DNA of 64,000 bases from an uncultured Verrucomicrobiae bacterium (GCA_963837955.1 CAWIPH010000002.1:448001-512000); one strand, 5' to 3'; shown: positions 21,753 to 31,102, numbered from the stretch's first letter. Made by a program: numbers and translations. Notes: generated from the letters alone by a model not told the origin.

Positions 21753-23979
21753 CGTTGCTAAAGGTTTCGGCCACTACTTTCTCGACCGGCTTTTTGTTCG
21801 GCGAGGATCCATTCAAATCTTCTGCTGCCAACGGTTCCGGTTCGAGCCGCGCCGACGGTTGCCCGCGCTGTACCGCCACTAGTTTTGCTGGTTTGGGCGG
21901 CTTTTCCGCTGGTCTAGGCTTCGTGTAGTATTGGCTGTAGCTTGTGTAGTACTGGTAGTTGTTGTCGTGCTTCACATCAACGTTATTGAGGACCACTCCC
22001 AACGGCTTCGTTCCGATATTCAGAAGCGACCCCTTCACCCGGATCAACATGGATCGGGGGAACTTGCGATGCTGGGCGATAATTATTGAGGCCTCCACCA
22101 GCGCACTCACCACGAGAGCGTCGCTGACACCAAGGATGGGCGGGCAATCGAAAATCACGACATCGAACCAATCCTTCACTGTATCCACGAGCTCGCGCAT
22201 CTTGTCAGAATTCAGGAGACTCACCACGCTATGCGTTTCCATGCCACTGGTGATTACGAAAAGACTCGGAACGTGGCCGACTTGAATCACCTCATCTAGG
22301 GTCACTTTGCCCTTAAGGTACTCACTGAGACCGACCCGGTTGTCGAGATCGAATAGCCGGTGCTGAGCCGGACGACGGAGGTCGCTATCTATGATCAAAG
22401 TCTGTTGGCCAGCAGTAGCGTAAGCGGTCCCGAGATTGCAGACCGTTGTGGATTTACCTTCTGACGGGCCGCCGCTGACCACGCTTAGAATAGAAGCGGC
22501 AACCTTCTGACGGGCAAAATCGACATTGGTTTTCATGATCCGGTAAGCTTCTGCGTCCGGGCTATCTTCGCTGGTTTGCGGTAGAAGATGGATTCCTTTG
22601 GGAATGATGGCTAGGACAGGCAGTTCCAGTAGTCTTTCCACTTCGTCCATGGTCTTGACGCTGGTATCGAGATACTCGAGAAAGAAGGCGAAGCCGACGC
22701 CAAGGACCAATCCCGCGATTACCCCAAGGAACAGATTAAGAATGATTTTCGGGCGACTCGGAAAGGTAGGGGATTCCGCCGGATCCCGGATCGTCGCTGG
22801 CTTTTGCGGCATCGTGCGTTCCATCGTTTCGCTGCTGAGCCGAGTTTTGGCAGCCTCCAGCAATTTCCGCTCTTGGAGATAGCGATATTTGGCGTCCAAG
22901 TACTGAGCACTGACCGTCTTCTTCTCCTGCTGCGCGCTTTGGCTGGTGCTCAAATTGGTTTCCATCGACTTGAGCGAGTTCTCCGCGATGGCGAGCTGAG
23001 TGACCATTCCCTTCCGAATGCTATCGATCTGCTGCCGAAGCTGCTGCTCGATCGTATCGATTTGGGCCTGGATCGCTTTGACGTCAGGATGATTGTGCCC
23101 CAAGCCGGAGCTCAGGAGCCGTGCTTTTTCCGAAACCGCACTTTGGTATAGCGGTAATTTCTGCTCTAGGATCGGATCGTTGAGATTCAGCAATCCGGCC
23201 GCGCGCATGAGATCATCGGATTTTAACCGGTCCAGTTCTTTCACCCGGCTCGAGAGGGTCGCAATCTGTGATCTAGAGTCGTTTACTTTTTCCTGATTGG
23301 TGAGAACGGACGAATCCTCCACCCGGCTGCCCGAGTCAAAACTGTCTGGATTGGGATCGTTGATTCCAGCCTCGGTCCGCAATCGCGACGCTTCAGCATA
23401 GGCTTCGTTTACCGCTCGCTCCTTCTGCGTCACTTCGTCGCGGAGTTGGTCCAACCCTTTCGAAATACTTGTTTGGGCCTCGGAAATCCGCTGCTCCATG
23501 TATTCCTGAGCGACAGTATTTGCCAATAATGCCGCCTCGCGCGGATCCGTGCTGTAAATACTGATTTGAATGAGGTTGGTATTCCGAACCTCCGTCAGCT
23601 GCAACATGGAGTGGAGCTTGTTGTACGCCGCTTCCAGCGACAGAGGTTCGCCTTGGCGAGCCCATCTTTTCTCGAGATCAAGTCGCTGAATGACCGGGTA
23701 AAGCACCCCTTTCCGAGTGATAATCTGAAACTGGGTTTGCGTAAATTTCGGATCGTTTACTTCATTCGCCGCAGTGGAATCGTGAAAAATCCGAACCGGG
23801 TTCATATCCGGCTCTACTTCGATCGTGGCGAAGGACATGTATTCCTTCGGCATCAAAAAGGTCGTTACGCCGACCGTGATTACGACCAAGAGAAAAATCA
23901 GAGCGACTAAGCCGAGGCGGATTCTGATTACTCGCCAATAGTCGAGAAGGTGGAGTTTCGCCTCTTGAGGATTATTCAT
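21742..23979 (-). CDS. Polysaccharide co-polymerase / tyrosine autokinase (Wzc-like)
   Basis: Two TM helices around a coiled-coil periplasmic domain, Walker A GPSEGKST, IDSDLRRP, FDCPP, Tyr cluster YQYYTSYSQYY. Confidence 0.9.
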   Translation of the reverse strand: MNNPQEAKLHLLDYWRVIRIRLGLVALIFLLVVITVGVTTFLMPKEYMSFATIEVEPDMNPVRIFHDSTAANEVNDPKFTQTQFQIITRKGVLYPVIQRLDLEKRWARQGEPLSLEAAYNKLHSMLQLTEVRNTNLIQISIYSTDPREAALLANTVAQEYMEQRISEAQTSISKGLDQLRDEVTQKERAVNEAYAEASRLRTEAGINDPNPDSFDSGSRVEDSSVLTNQEKVNDSRSQIATLSSRVKELDRLKSDDLMRAAGLLNLNDPILEQKLPLYQSAVSEKARLLSSGLGHNHPDVKAIQAQIDTIEQQLRQQIDSIRKGMVTQLAIAENSLKSMETNLSTSQSAQQEKKTVSAQYLDAKYRYLQERKLLEAAKTRLSSETMERTMPQKPATIRDPAESPTFPSRPKIILNLFLGVIAGLVLGVGFAFFLEYLDTSVKTMDEVERLLELPVLAIIPKGIHLLPQTSEDSPDAEAYRIMKTNVDFARQKVAASILSVVSGGPSEGKSTTVCNLGTAYATAGQQTLIIDSDLRRPAQHRLFDLDNRVGLSEYLKGKVTLDEVIQVGHVPSLFVITSGMETHSVVSLLNSDKMRELVDTVKDWFDVVIFDCPPILGVSDALVVSALVEASIIIAQHRKFPRSMLIRVKGSLLNIGTKPLGVVLNNVDVKHDNNYQYYTSYSQYYTKPRPAEKPPKPAKLVAVQRGQPSARLEPEPLAAEDLNGSSPNKKPVEKVVAETFSNDVY

Positions 23980-24077
23980 GAACAGATTGAGAGTTATCCG
24001 GCAGCCCGCCGCATCATTTAAGTTACGGCAAGAAGCAACAAAACCTTAGCGCCAAACATAATTCGGAAGCTATTCCA

Positions 24078-25304
24078 CTAGAACGCGAATAAAATCCCCA
24101 GGTACGCGCGGTTCCGATAGTAATCGCGACTAACTATCTGCGAAAAATCCCGCTCAAAAGTGTATCCGCCACTCAGCGCCAATGAGCGATTGAATTGGTA
24201 GGTGAGACCAACGTTCAGATCTAGGACGTTCTCGGTGAACGACGGATTAGCATAGTCATTGTACGAATAGTAGACCGCACCCACCAGTCGTAGCCTCGCA
24301 CCGACCACATGAGAAATCTTGAGCCCCGTTCGATAGGTCCGACGATACCCGACACCCAAGTCGGATTCTTCGATGCCATACCGGTTGTACCATTCCACGA
24401 AGGAGCCAGGCTGATATTGATAAGCGAGGGTACCCTCCGCATAAGGATCCGTTAGGTCTTGGGATTGTCCGGGTTGCATCTGCTCATAGTGCCTAAACTC
24501 GACTCCTCCACGAACGCTGAAGCTCAGACGCTGGCTCAAGGTCACATCGACCCCGCCCAGGGCAAAATTGGAGTAAGAGTTCAGGTTGCTATTAGTGAAG
24601 TAATCGACGTAGCCGAATCGATACTCAGCTACCGCGGTTATCGTGGGCAGGACCAGGAAACGAAATTGTTGGTCGACCAGGTTCTCCAGTCGATTGAGGA
24701 AATCTCCGATACTGGTCTTGTCGTAGTAGAGAACGTTCGCACCGTAGCTCGTGAGCGTGGAAAAGCGCGGCGTCCACTGGTACCCAAACCCCAACTGATT
24801 CGCGGTGTAGAAATAATTGGAGACTTGATTAACTGCGCTGACTCCATTCTGCAGATTTGGCTGCGCCGTGTAGGCGGTGTAGTCGGTGAACGTGATTGAT
24901 GCCCGAGGACTTAACTGATGCGAGAAGGCGAGGTTCAGGCTGATATTCGGATCCACCGATTGGCCAGGGCGGTTCCAATAGAAATCGAGCCCTAACCCCA
25001 AATCGGCGTCTAGCCTAGTGCGCTTGTTGCCAATGTGGCTGGCTATGCTGAGCGTCGCTTCGGTAAACCCGCTCCCCATCCGGTTACTGTGTGAAGCAAA
25101 TATGTTGTCGTCGTAGCCGATCGCGGTGAAGACCGAGATCCGCAAGGGGAGGTCCGTGTAGATCCCTTCACCCAGATCCGTGCTGGGGCGGAATAGGGGA
25201 AAGCTTGAGGGGGAAGCTACGTATGTCCCGTTTTGCGCCTCCGAAATAGCAATCGAGCCCAGAAATAAAACCAGCGACAGTAGGGCGCGAAACAGCTTTT
25301 GCAT
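24078..25304 (-). CDS. Outer-membrane beta-barrel protein of the polysaccharide export module
   Basis: Signal peptide, GYDDNI motif, alternating aromatic beta-strand pattern, C-terminal Phe (YLGILFAF). Confidence 0.8.
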   Translation of the reverse strand: MQKLFRALLSLVLFLGSIAISEAQNGTYVASPSSFPLFRPSTDLGEGIYTDLPLRISVFTAIGYDDNIFASHSNRMGSGFTEATLSIASHIGNKRTRLDADLGLGLDFYWNRPGQSVDPNISLNLAFSHQLSPRASITFTDYTAYTAQPNLQNGVSAVNQVSNYFYTANQLGFGYQWTPRFSTLTSYGANVLYYDKTSIGDFLNRLENLVDQQFRFLVLPTITAVAEYRFGYVDYFTNSNLNSYSNFALGGVDVTLSQRLSFSVRGGVEFRHYEQMQPGQSQDLTDPYAEGTLAYQYQPGSFVEWYNRYGIEESDLGVGYRRTYRTGLKISHVVGARLRLVGAVYYSYNDYANPSFTENVLDLNVGLTYQFNRSLALSGGYTFERDFSQIVSRDYYRNRAYLGILFAF

Positions 25305-25500
25305 GGTTTTAGGAAGAACTCGAACGGTGCGGCGCGGCGTTATAAATACTATGGATATTTGATATTCCAGAATTTCGAGAATCTACCAGGCGCGGAGTTT
25401 AGCAAAGCAAGTTGTAATCCACAATGGAATTCTCTTAGAAGCGAAAACCGCTTCCGAAATCCTGCCATATTCGATAAAAACCAGACCTTTCTTGGTTTGG

Positions 25501-26016
25501 TCAACGCTCGGATTCCAAGTCGCGCACCGAAAATAGACCGCCATCCCTCCATTCGAAAAGTTCGGTCGATACGGGCCACGCGCTGTTGTGGTAGAAGCTT
25601 CGGAGGGGCTCGACTACTTGGTTGATATCCCCTCCGATTCGGGGAAACAGAAAAATCACCTGGCGATTGGGGATAGACACGAGGCAGTTTTTTCCCAAGA
25701 TATCGGCGAATTGATCGGTAAACCCGGGCAAAAGTATCAAAGATGATAGCGATGGATCGGTACTTTCAATTCGGATATCGATGGCAACGCCATGTTTATC
25801 ACGGGTGATTCTCGGAGCGACCCGCTTGGAGAGCGCGCGAGCATGGGCCAGAGCGAGATTTTTTAGCTCTGGCAGAGGATGCTCCGCCAACGAATTGGCT
25901 GGAATTGGGGCTACGGTGCCGTCGCTTGCCTCATCGTAGAATCCGATCACTGTCCGGGAAGTGCCCCCGATTGGAAGAAAAACGGGGGTGTGATAAAAAT
26001 GTGGGTCGAGAATCAT
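25501..26016 (-). CDS. Hypothetical protein (start uncertain, may extend upstream into a signal-like segment)
   Basis: Open frame filling the gap between the beta-barrel gene and ruvA; no recognised motif. Confidence 0.55.
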   Translation of the reverse strand: MILDPHFYHTPVFLPIGGTSRTVIGFYDEASDGTVAPIPANSLAEHPLPELKNLALAHARALSKRVAPRITRDKHGVAIDIRIESTDPSLSSLILLPGFTDQFADILGKNCLVSIPNRQVIFLFPRIGGDINQVVEPLRSFYHNSAWPVSTELFEWRDGGLFSVRDLESER

Positions 26017-26131
26017 GACAGGCTCTCCGGAAGTCAGGGAGGTGAAGTAACCCAGACAAAGAAGGACATTTAGGATACAGACGGACTGGGATTTGCAGTT
26101 TCGGCGAGCGGAGTTACTTCTAAAAGGCATA

Positions 26132-26728
26132 ATGATAGCATTTCTCGAGGGTGAGCTGGCGGAGGCGTGGCCGACCCAGGTCGTCATCTCGGTTCAGGGT
26201 GTGGGTTATTTGGTTCAAATACCTCTTTCGAGTTTTGAGCATCTTCCGCCAATTGGCCAGCGGGTCCGACTGCTAACTCATTTGGTTGTGCGAGAAGATG
26301 CGCATCTTTTGTTCGGATTCGCCAGCCCGTCCGAACGGGATCTCTTTCGCTTACTGTTGCAGCACGTCAGCGGAGTTGGACCGAAACTGGCGTTGGCGGT
26401 TTTGAGTGGCATGACCGTCCCGCAGTTTAAAGCTGCGGTTGTTCGGGGGGATGCCGCAGCGCTAGCCAAGATCAGCGGTCTGGGAAAGAAAACAGCCGAA
26501 CGTATAATTCTTGAACTCAAAGACCGCGTCGGAGTAGCGGCCGCCTGGGAGGTGGCAGTCACTGCGAGAGAGGATCAACAGGTCAAAGTCAACGATGCTC
26601 TGCTTGCATTGATCTCATTGGGCTTTAAACAGGTTGAGGCCCAAAAGGCTCTCCACGAAATCTATGATTCAACTAAGAATCCAAACACGGACGAGCTAGT
26701 GCGGTTGGCGCTCAAAAAGCTGGCTTAA
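26132..26728 (+). CDS. ruvA: Holliday junction branch migration protein RuvA
   Basis: MIAFLEG, GVGY, HLVVREDA..LFGF, VSGVGPKLAL, GLGKKTAERIILELKD. Confidence 0.96.
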   Translation: MIAFLEGELAEAWPTQVVISVQGVGYLVQIPLSSFEHLPPIGQRVRLLTHLVVREDAHLLFGFASPSERDLFRLLLQHVSGVGPKLALAVLSGMTVPQFKAAVVRGDAAALAKISGLGKKTAERIILELKDRVGVAAAWEVAVTAREDQQVKVNDALLALISLGFKQVEAQKALHEIYDSTKNPNTDELVRLALKKLA

Positions 26729-26735
26729 TGGAGGC

Positions 26736-28049
26736 ATGGAGAACTCGACTGATCTTGTCAGGGTCCGAAGCGTCCGTGACCGATTTCCAAAGGAAGGTCT
26801 CTTCGCGGAGAAGGAATGGCTGATCGGGCCTGAGCCTTTCTTTCTCGATCCAAAGGTCGCCGATCAATTGGAGCGACTTGGGCACTGGCTTTCCAAGTTT
26901 GTGCGGGCGACGAATCTTTTGTATCGGCAAAGTCGGCGAGGTATTCAACCTCCATGGGTCGCTGAATACTGTGAAGCGGGTAAACCGCCAGACCTGATCG
27001 AGGTTTCTCGTGTAGATTTCAAGTCGATACCTCGGGTCATTCGACCGGACATTATTCTTACTGAGGAAGGATGGAGGATATCAGAACTCGATTCGGTTCC
27101 TGGCGGGATTGGTCTGACTGCCTGGCTGAATCGGACCTACAGCCAACTAGGGTTCGACGTGATCGGCGGTGCCGAGGGGATGATCGAAGGATTTCGCTCC
27201 ATATTCCCAGCCGGTGTGATTGCGGTTTCGGCCGAGGCTCAAACCTATCGCCCCGAAATGAATTGGTTGACCGAAAACTTGAATGCGAAATACCCGGACT
27301 CATTTTGGGAAGTAGTAAAAGCGGAGGAATGGGATTTTTCGCGGAGCGAGTCGGTTTACCGGTTTTTTGAACTGTTCGATCTGCCCAATCTTCCGTCTCG
27401 AGAAAGCTTGCTGGCAGCGGCCAGGACCGGCAGCTTGGACATCACTCCCCCCCTCAAACCGTTTCTCGAGGAAAAGCTCTGCTTGGCACTCTTCTGGTCG
27501 AGGCCGCTGCAAGAGTTTTGGCGGCGCGAACTAAGCGAACGTCATTGGTTGGCATTGCGCAGTTTGATTCCCCGTACATGGGTGCTTGATCCTGCCCCGA
27601 TCCCTCATCATGCCGTGATTCCTGGGTTGGAAATTCAGGATTGGAATGAGCTAAAAAAGTTTAGCCAAAAGCAGCGAGAATTCGTGCTGAAAATCAGCGG
27701 TTTTTCTGAAAAGGCATGGGGGAGTCGCGGGGTTTATGTGGGCACCGACCTTTCACACCAGGCTTGGTCGGATCGGATCGACGAAGCGCTCCGTTCTTTC
27801 TCCACCAATCCCTATATCTTGCAGCGCTTCCACAAGGGTAAATTATACGAACAACGATTTCTCAATCCGACGACTGGATTGATCGAAACGATGCGGGGGC
27901 GGGTACGTCTTTGCCCGTACTACTTCGTCGTATCCGAGCACGATGTCAGGCTGGGAGGAGTCCTTGCCACCATCGTGCCTGCTGATAAGAAAATCGTGCA
28001 TGGTATGCGGGATGGTGTCTTGGTACCGGCGGCGATTGGCCCACGCTGA
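26736..28049 (+). CDS. Uncharacterised protein, probable circularly permuted ATP-grasp / glutathionylspermidine-synthase-like ligase
   Basis: IRPDIILTEEGWRISELDSVPGG, VLKISG...GSRGVYVG, YILQRF resemble ATP-grasp elements; GGAGG RBS just after the ruvA stop. Confidence 0.6.
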   Translation: MENSTDLVRVRSVRDRFPKEGLFAEKEWLIGPEPFFLDPKVADQLERLGHWLSKFVRATNLLYRQSRRGIQPPWVAEYCEAGKPPDLIEVSRVDFKSIPRVIRPDIILTEEGWRISELDSVPGGIGLTAWLNRTYSQLGFDVIGGAEGMIEGFRSIFPAGVIAVSAEAQTYRPEMNWLTENLNAKYPDSFWEVVKAEEWDFSRSESVYRFFELFDLPNLPSRESLLAAARTGSLDITPPLKPFLEEKLCLALFWSRPLQEFWRRELSERHWLALRSLIPRTWVLDPAPIPHHAVIPGLEIQDWNELKKFSQKQREFVLKISGFSEKAWGSRGVYVGTDLSHQAWSDRIDEALRSFSTNPYILQRFHKGKLYEQRFLNPTTGLIETMRGRVRLCPYYFVVSEHDVRLGGVLATIVPADKKIVHGMRDGVLVPAAIGPR

Positions 28050-28060
28050 GAGGCCAACAA

Positions 28061-28256
28061 GAGGCCGCAGAGACAGAATTTTTGAACAGGAGATCGCAGA
28101 GATCTCAAAGGATGCCGAGAGAGAGCCGGCTCGGGTTCACGCGACCGCCATTAGCTTGAGTACAGGAGGCCGCGAAGACAGAATCTTTGAACAGGAGATC
28201 GCAGAGATCTCAGAGGATGTCGAGAGGGCCGGCTCAGGTTGCGCGGCTGCCGCCAC
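28061..28256 (+). repeat. Two direct copies (105-bp period) of the GxxExxY-flanking repeat
   Basis: Core TTTGAACAGGAGATCGCAGAGATCTCA(A/G)AGG at 28081 and 28186, with similar downstream sequence. Confidence 0.9.
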
Positions 28257-28273
28257 TGCGAACTGCTCTACGG

Positions 28274-28711
28274 TCAGCAAGTTTCCGGGCTTTCACCTGT
28301 TTTTAGTATCAACCGGGTGATTCCGTCTTTGAGGATTGGTTCATGAAAATTGATAAGGAGACCGACGGGCACGCTTAGCAATTTCATGTAGCTCAACAAT
28401 TGCGCTTTGTGGATAGCGAGGATTCTTTCAACCGACTTGAGTTCCACAAGGACGCGATTCTCCACCAGCAAATCAAGTTTGAGAGGCTCCCGAAAAACAA
28501 GCCCCTTGTATTCGATGTCAACCTCCATCTGACGGACTGCGCTCAACTCGCGTAGATCGAGCTCTCTTTCCATGCATCTTTGATAAATAGTCTCGATCAA
28601 CCCTGCCCCTTTTAATCGATGTACTTCGATCGCACCTCCAATGATCTGATGCGATAGTTGGTCTAGTGCTTCAATTCTTTCATGGTGATCTGGCCCTAGA
28701 TTATAGAACAT
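28274..28711 (-). CDS. GxxExxY protein (PD-(D/E)XK nuclease fold)
   Basis: IIGGAIEVHRLKGAGLIETIYQ (GxxExxY), KLDLLVENRVLVELKS, AQLLSYMKL, GLLINF. Confidence 0.92.
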   Translation of the reverse strand: MFYNLGPDHHERIEALDQLSHQIIGGAIEVHRLKGAGLIETIYQRCMERELDLRELSAVRQMEVDIEYKGLVFREPLKLDLLVENRVLVELKSVERILAIHKAQLLSYMKLLSVPVGLLINFHEPILKDGITRLILKTGESPETC

Positions 28712-28734
28712 AATTATAGATTGTTTTATAAATG

Positions 28735-28936
28735 TCCAGCGTTTTGATCCTAAACCATCGTCCCAGCTCTAGACTCCAGTGTGATTCCCGGCTTTGTTTA
28801 GGAAGAATTTTTCCTTTGAGATCTCAGCGATCTCCTGTTCAAAAATTCTGTCTCTGCGGCCTCTTGTTGTTGGCCTCTCAGCGTGGGCCAATCGCCGCTG
28901 GTACCAAGACGCCATCCCGCATATCATGCAGGATTT
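28735..28936 (-). repeat. Repeat unit 1 (inverted core plus inverted copy of the ATP-grasp gene 3' end)
   Basis: 28813-28936 is the reverse complement of 27991-28111 with 5 substitutions and a 3-nt indel; 5' part matches the units at 29717 and 29933. Confidence 0.9.
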
Positions 28937-28988
28937 CGCGCCTTATCACCTCGTACTACTTTATTGTAGAAGCACAGGAGCAATTGCC

Positions 28989-29375
28989 ATAATTAAAGCC
29001 GACCTCTCCGACGTCTACCGAGACTACATTGCCTGCCTTAATAAGCAGGACTGGCCGAAGCTGAAACAGTTCGTTCATGATGAAGTGTACTACAACGGTC
29101 AGCGGATCGGGATATTAGGTTATCGCGAGATGCTGGAGAAAGACTTTCATGAAATTCCGGACCTTTATTTCGACATTCAGCTGCTGCTTTCGGATCCGCC
29201 TTATATAGCGAGCCGGCTAGAATTCGACTGTACGCCAAAGGGAAAGTTCCTTGGACTCCATGTAAACGGGAAGAGAGTTTCCTTTACCGAGAATGTATTC
29301 TATGAATTTCGGAGAGAGAAGATTTGGCAAGTATGGTCGGTTATAGATAAGGCAGCTATCGAAGCTCAGCTTTAG
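28989..29375 (+). CDS. SnoaL-like ester cyclase family protein (non-canonical or mutated start codon)
   Basis: YRDYIACLNKQDW...IPDLYF...FLGLHVNGKRVSFTENVFYEF...VWSVIDKAAIEAQL; AGGAG RBS at 28976 followed by in-frame ATA rather than ATG. Confidence 0.7.
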   Translation: MIKADLSDVYRDYIACLNKQDWPKLKQFVHDEVYYNGQRIGILGYREMLEKDFHEIPDLYFDIQLLLSDPPYIASRLEFDCTPKGKFLGLHVNGKRVSFTENVFYEFRREKIWQVWSVIDKAAIEAQL

Positions 29376-29530
29376 CGCGAAAAATTATCCCGTATCTCGT
29401 CTCCAAGCGCGATTGCTCACCGGTAAATTGTTACGGACGGACGTTGGAATCACATTAAGTGTTAGCGGCGAACCGAAGAGGTCTCCTCAGGGCTCAAAGC
29501 GGTCTATCACCCTGCTGGATTAAATGGGTC

Positions 29531-30070
29531 CTGAGCCTAGACTCCGGTTCGATTCCCGGCTTTGTTCAAGAAGAATTTCCCTTTGAGATCTCTGCGATCT
29601 CCTGTTCAAAAAATCTGTCTCCGCGACCTCTTGTTGTTGGCCTCTCAGCCTTGGCCGATCGCCGGTACCAAGACGCCGTCCCGCATACCATGCGGAATTT
29701 TCGCGCCTCATCATCGTCCAGCGTTTTGATCCTAAAGCATCGTCCTCGCCCTAGGCTCCGGTTCCATTCCCGGCTTTCTATAGGAAGAATTTTCCCTTTG
29801 AGATCTCTGCGATCTCCTGTTCAAAAATTCTGTCTTTGCGGCCTCTTGTTGTTGGCCTCTCAGCTTGGGCCGGTCGCCGCTGGTACCAGGACGTCATCCC
29901 GCATACCATGCAGGATTTTCGTTTAATAATTTTCCAGCGTTTTGATTCTAGAGCACCGTCCCCGCTCTAGACTCCGGTTTGATTCCGGGCTTTCTATAGG
30001 AAGAACCTTCCCTTTGAGACCTCTGTGATCTCCTGTTCAAAAATCCTGTCTTCGCGGCCTTCTGTGCTCA
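29531..30070 (-). repeat. Tandem repeat units 2-4 (215-216 bp period)
   Basis: Inverted core CCTTTGAGA(T/C)CTCTG(C/T)GATCTCCTGTTCAAA at 29580, 29795 and 30011; unit starts TCCAGCGTTTTGAT at 29717 and 29933. Confidence 0.9.
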
Positions 30071-31102
30071 AACAATCTCTATCTCGCGTTGCTGCTCAAC
30101 CGAATCTGCCACCGCCTGCACTACTTTCATATATTGCAGCCCTTCATTGAACCCTGGTTGAGGGGAGATTCCACTTGGGGATCGGACTGCTGCGATGAAA
30201 TCCGCTTCTACGTTCCAGCTCTGCTCCAACCGGGGCGGCGTTGGCAGATGAGCCGGTGCCTTATCGCCGGTCTGAGCTCCGGAGATTTGGTCCGTCGAGA
30301 AATCGTATTCCAACACTCCCTGGTTACCATAGACCTCCAGTCGATCAGGTTCTGCGAAGGGAGCGATTCCACTGAACTCCAGTACACCCTCCAAGCCGCT
30401 GGCAAACGTGCAGAGAACTGTCACCATGTCAGGAATACGAATTTCGTAGCCGTGCCTGACCGGAGTTATCGTTTTATGGTGCGCAACCAAACGCGCAATC
30501 GGACCGAACCACCGGATCAGCACCTCTGCGTATATACCCAGCGTTAGCACGTTGAACCCCGAATACTCGTCGCGCTGGCGCCAATGTGGCGGCGCCTCAG
30601 GGTCGATATAGACACTTGAAAGGCTTTGCAGGCGAAGCTGATGCGGCCGGCCGATATATTCGTCGGCAATCAGTTTTTGCATGAAACGACTGCCCCGCAG
30701 GCCGTGGGGCGCGGGACAAAGCATGGTGACGAGGTGCGGATGTCGTTGGACCGCGGCGACCATCTCGTCCGCCTCGGCCAGGGTCATCGCCATTCGAGCC
30801 TGGCAAAAGACATGCTTTCCCGACTCCAGCGCGGAAATGGCGACCGTGGAATGGAGATACGGGGGCGTGCCGATCCAAATAACATTGATGTCCGGCTCGG
30901 CTACGAGTTCGGCCCAGTTGCCGAATGGTTTTGCATCGGGAACAAACTCGGAACAGAATTTTTCGGAACTTTCGTAAGAGGAGTTGCAGACGGCAACGAT
31001 CCGGACATCCTCCATCTTTTTGAGAGCCGGCAAGTGGCGTTCCTTGACGATATTCCCGGCGCCGATGAGACCTATATTCAATTTAGCGCGACGCATTGGC
31101 AT
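30068..31102 (-). CDS. Gfo/Idh/MocA family oxidoreductase
   Basis: IGLIGAGNI Rossmann motif, IGTPPYLH, GKHVFCQARMA. Confidence 0.88.
   Translation of the reverse strand: MPMRRAKLNIGLIGAGNIVKERHLPALKKMEDVRIVAVCNSSYESSEKFCSEFVPDAKPFGNWAELVAEPDINVIWIGTPPYLHSTVAISALESGKHVFCQARMAMTLAEADEMVAAVQRHPHLVTMLCPAPHGLRGSRFMQKLIADEYIGRPHQLRLQSLSSVYIDPEAPPHWRQRDEYSGFNVLTLGIYAEVLIRWFGPIARLVAHHKTITPVRHGYEIRIPDMVTVLCTFASGLEGVLEFSGIAPFAEPDRLEVYGNQGVLEYDFSTDQISGAQTGDKAPAHLPTPPRLEQSWNVEADFIAAVRSPSGISPQPGFNEGLQYMKVVQAVADSVEQQREIEIV

Noticed and set aside
27991..29920. Diversity-generating retroelement template/variable repeat pair
   Set aside because: Differences are not adenine-specific (C/G, T/C changes and indels), and no reverse transcriptase is in the window
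27920..29926. ORFs 27920-28108, 27943-28320, 28732-28992, 29459-29926 and the 5' extension of 28794-29375
   Set aside because: They are translations of the repeat units (same peptide recurring), with no independent coding evidence
28061..30070. CRISPR array
   Set aside because: Sequences between cores are themselves repeated, the period is 105 or 215-216 bp, orientation flips, and no cas genes are present
28735..30070. Integron attC cassette array
   Set aside because: No integron integrase in the window and no clear RYYYAAC...GTTRRRY boundaries on the units
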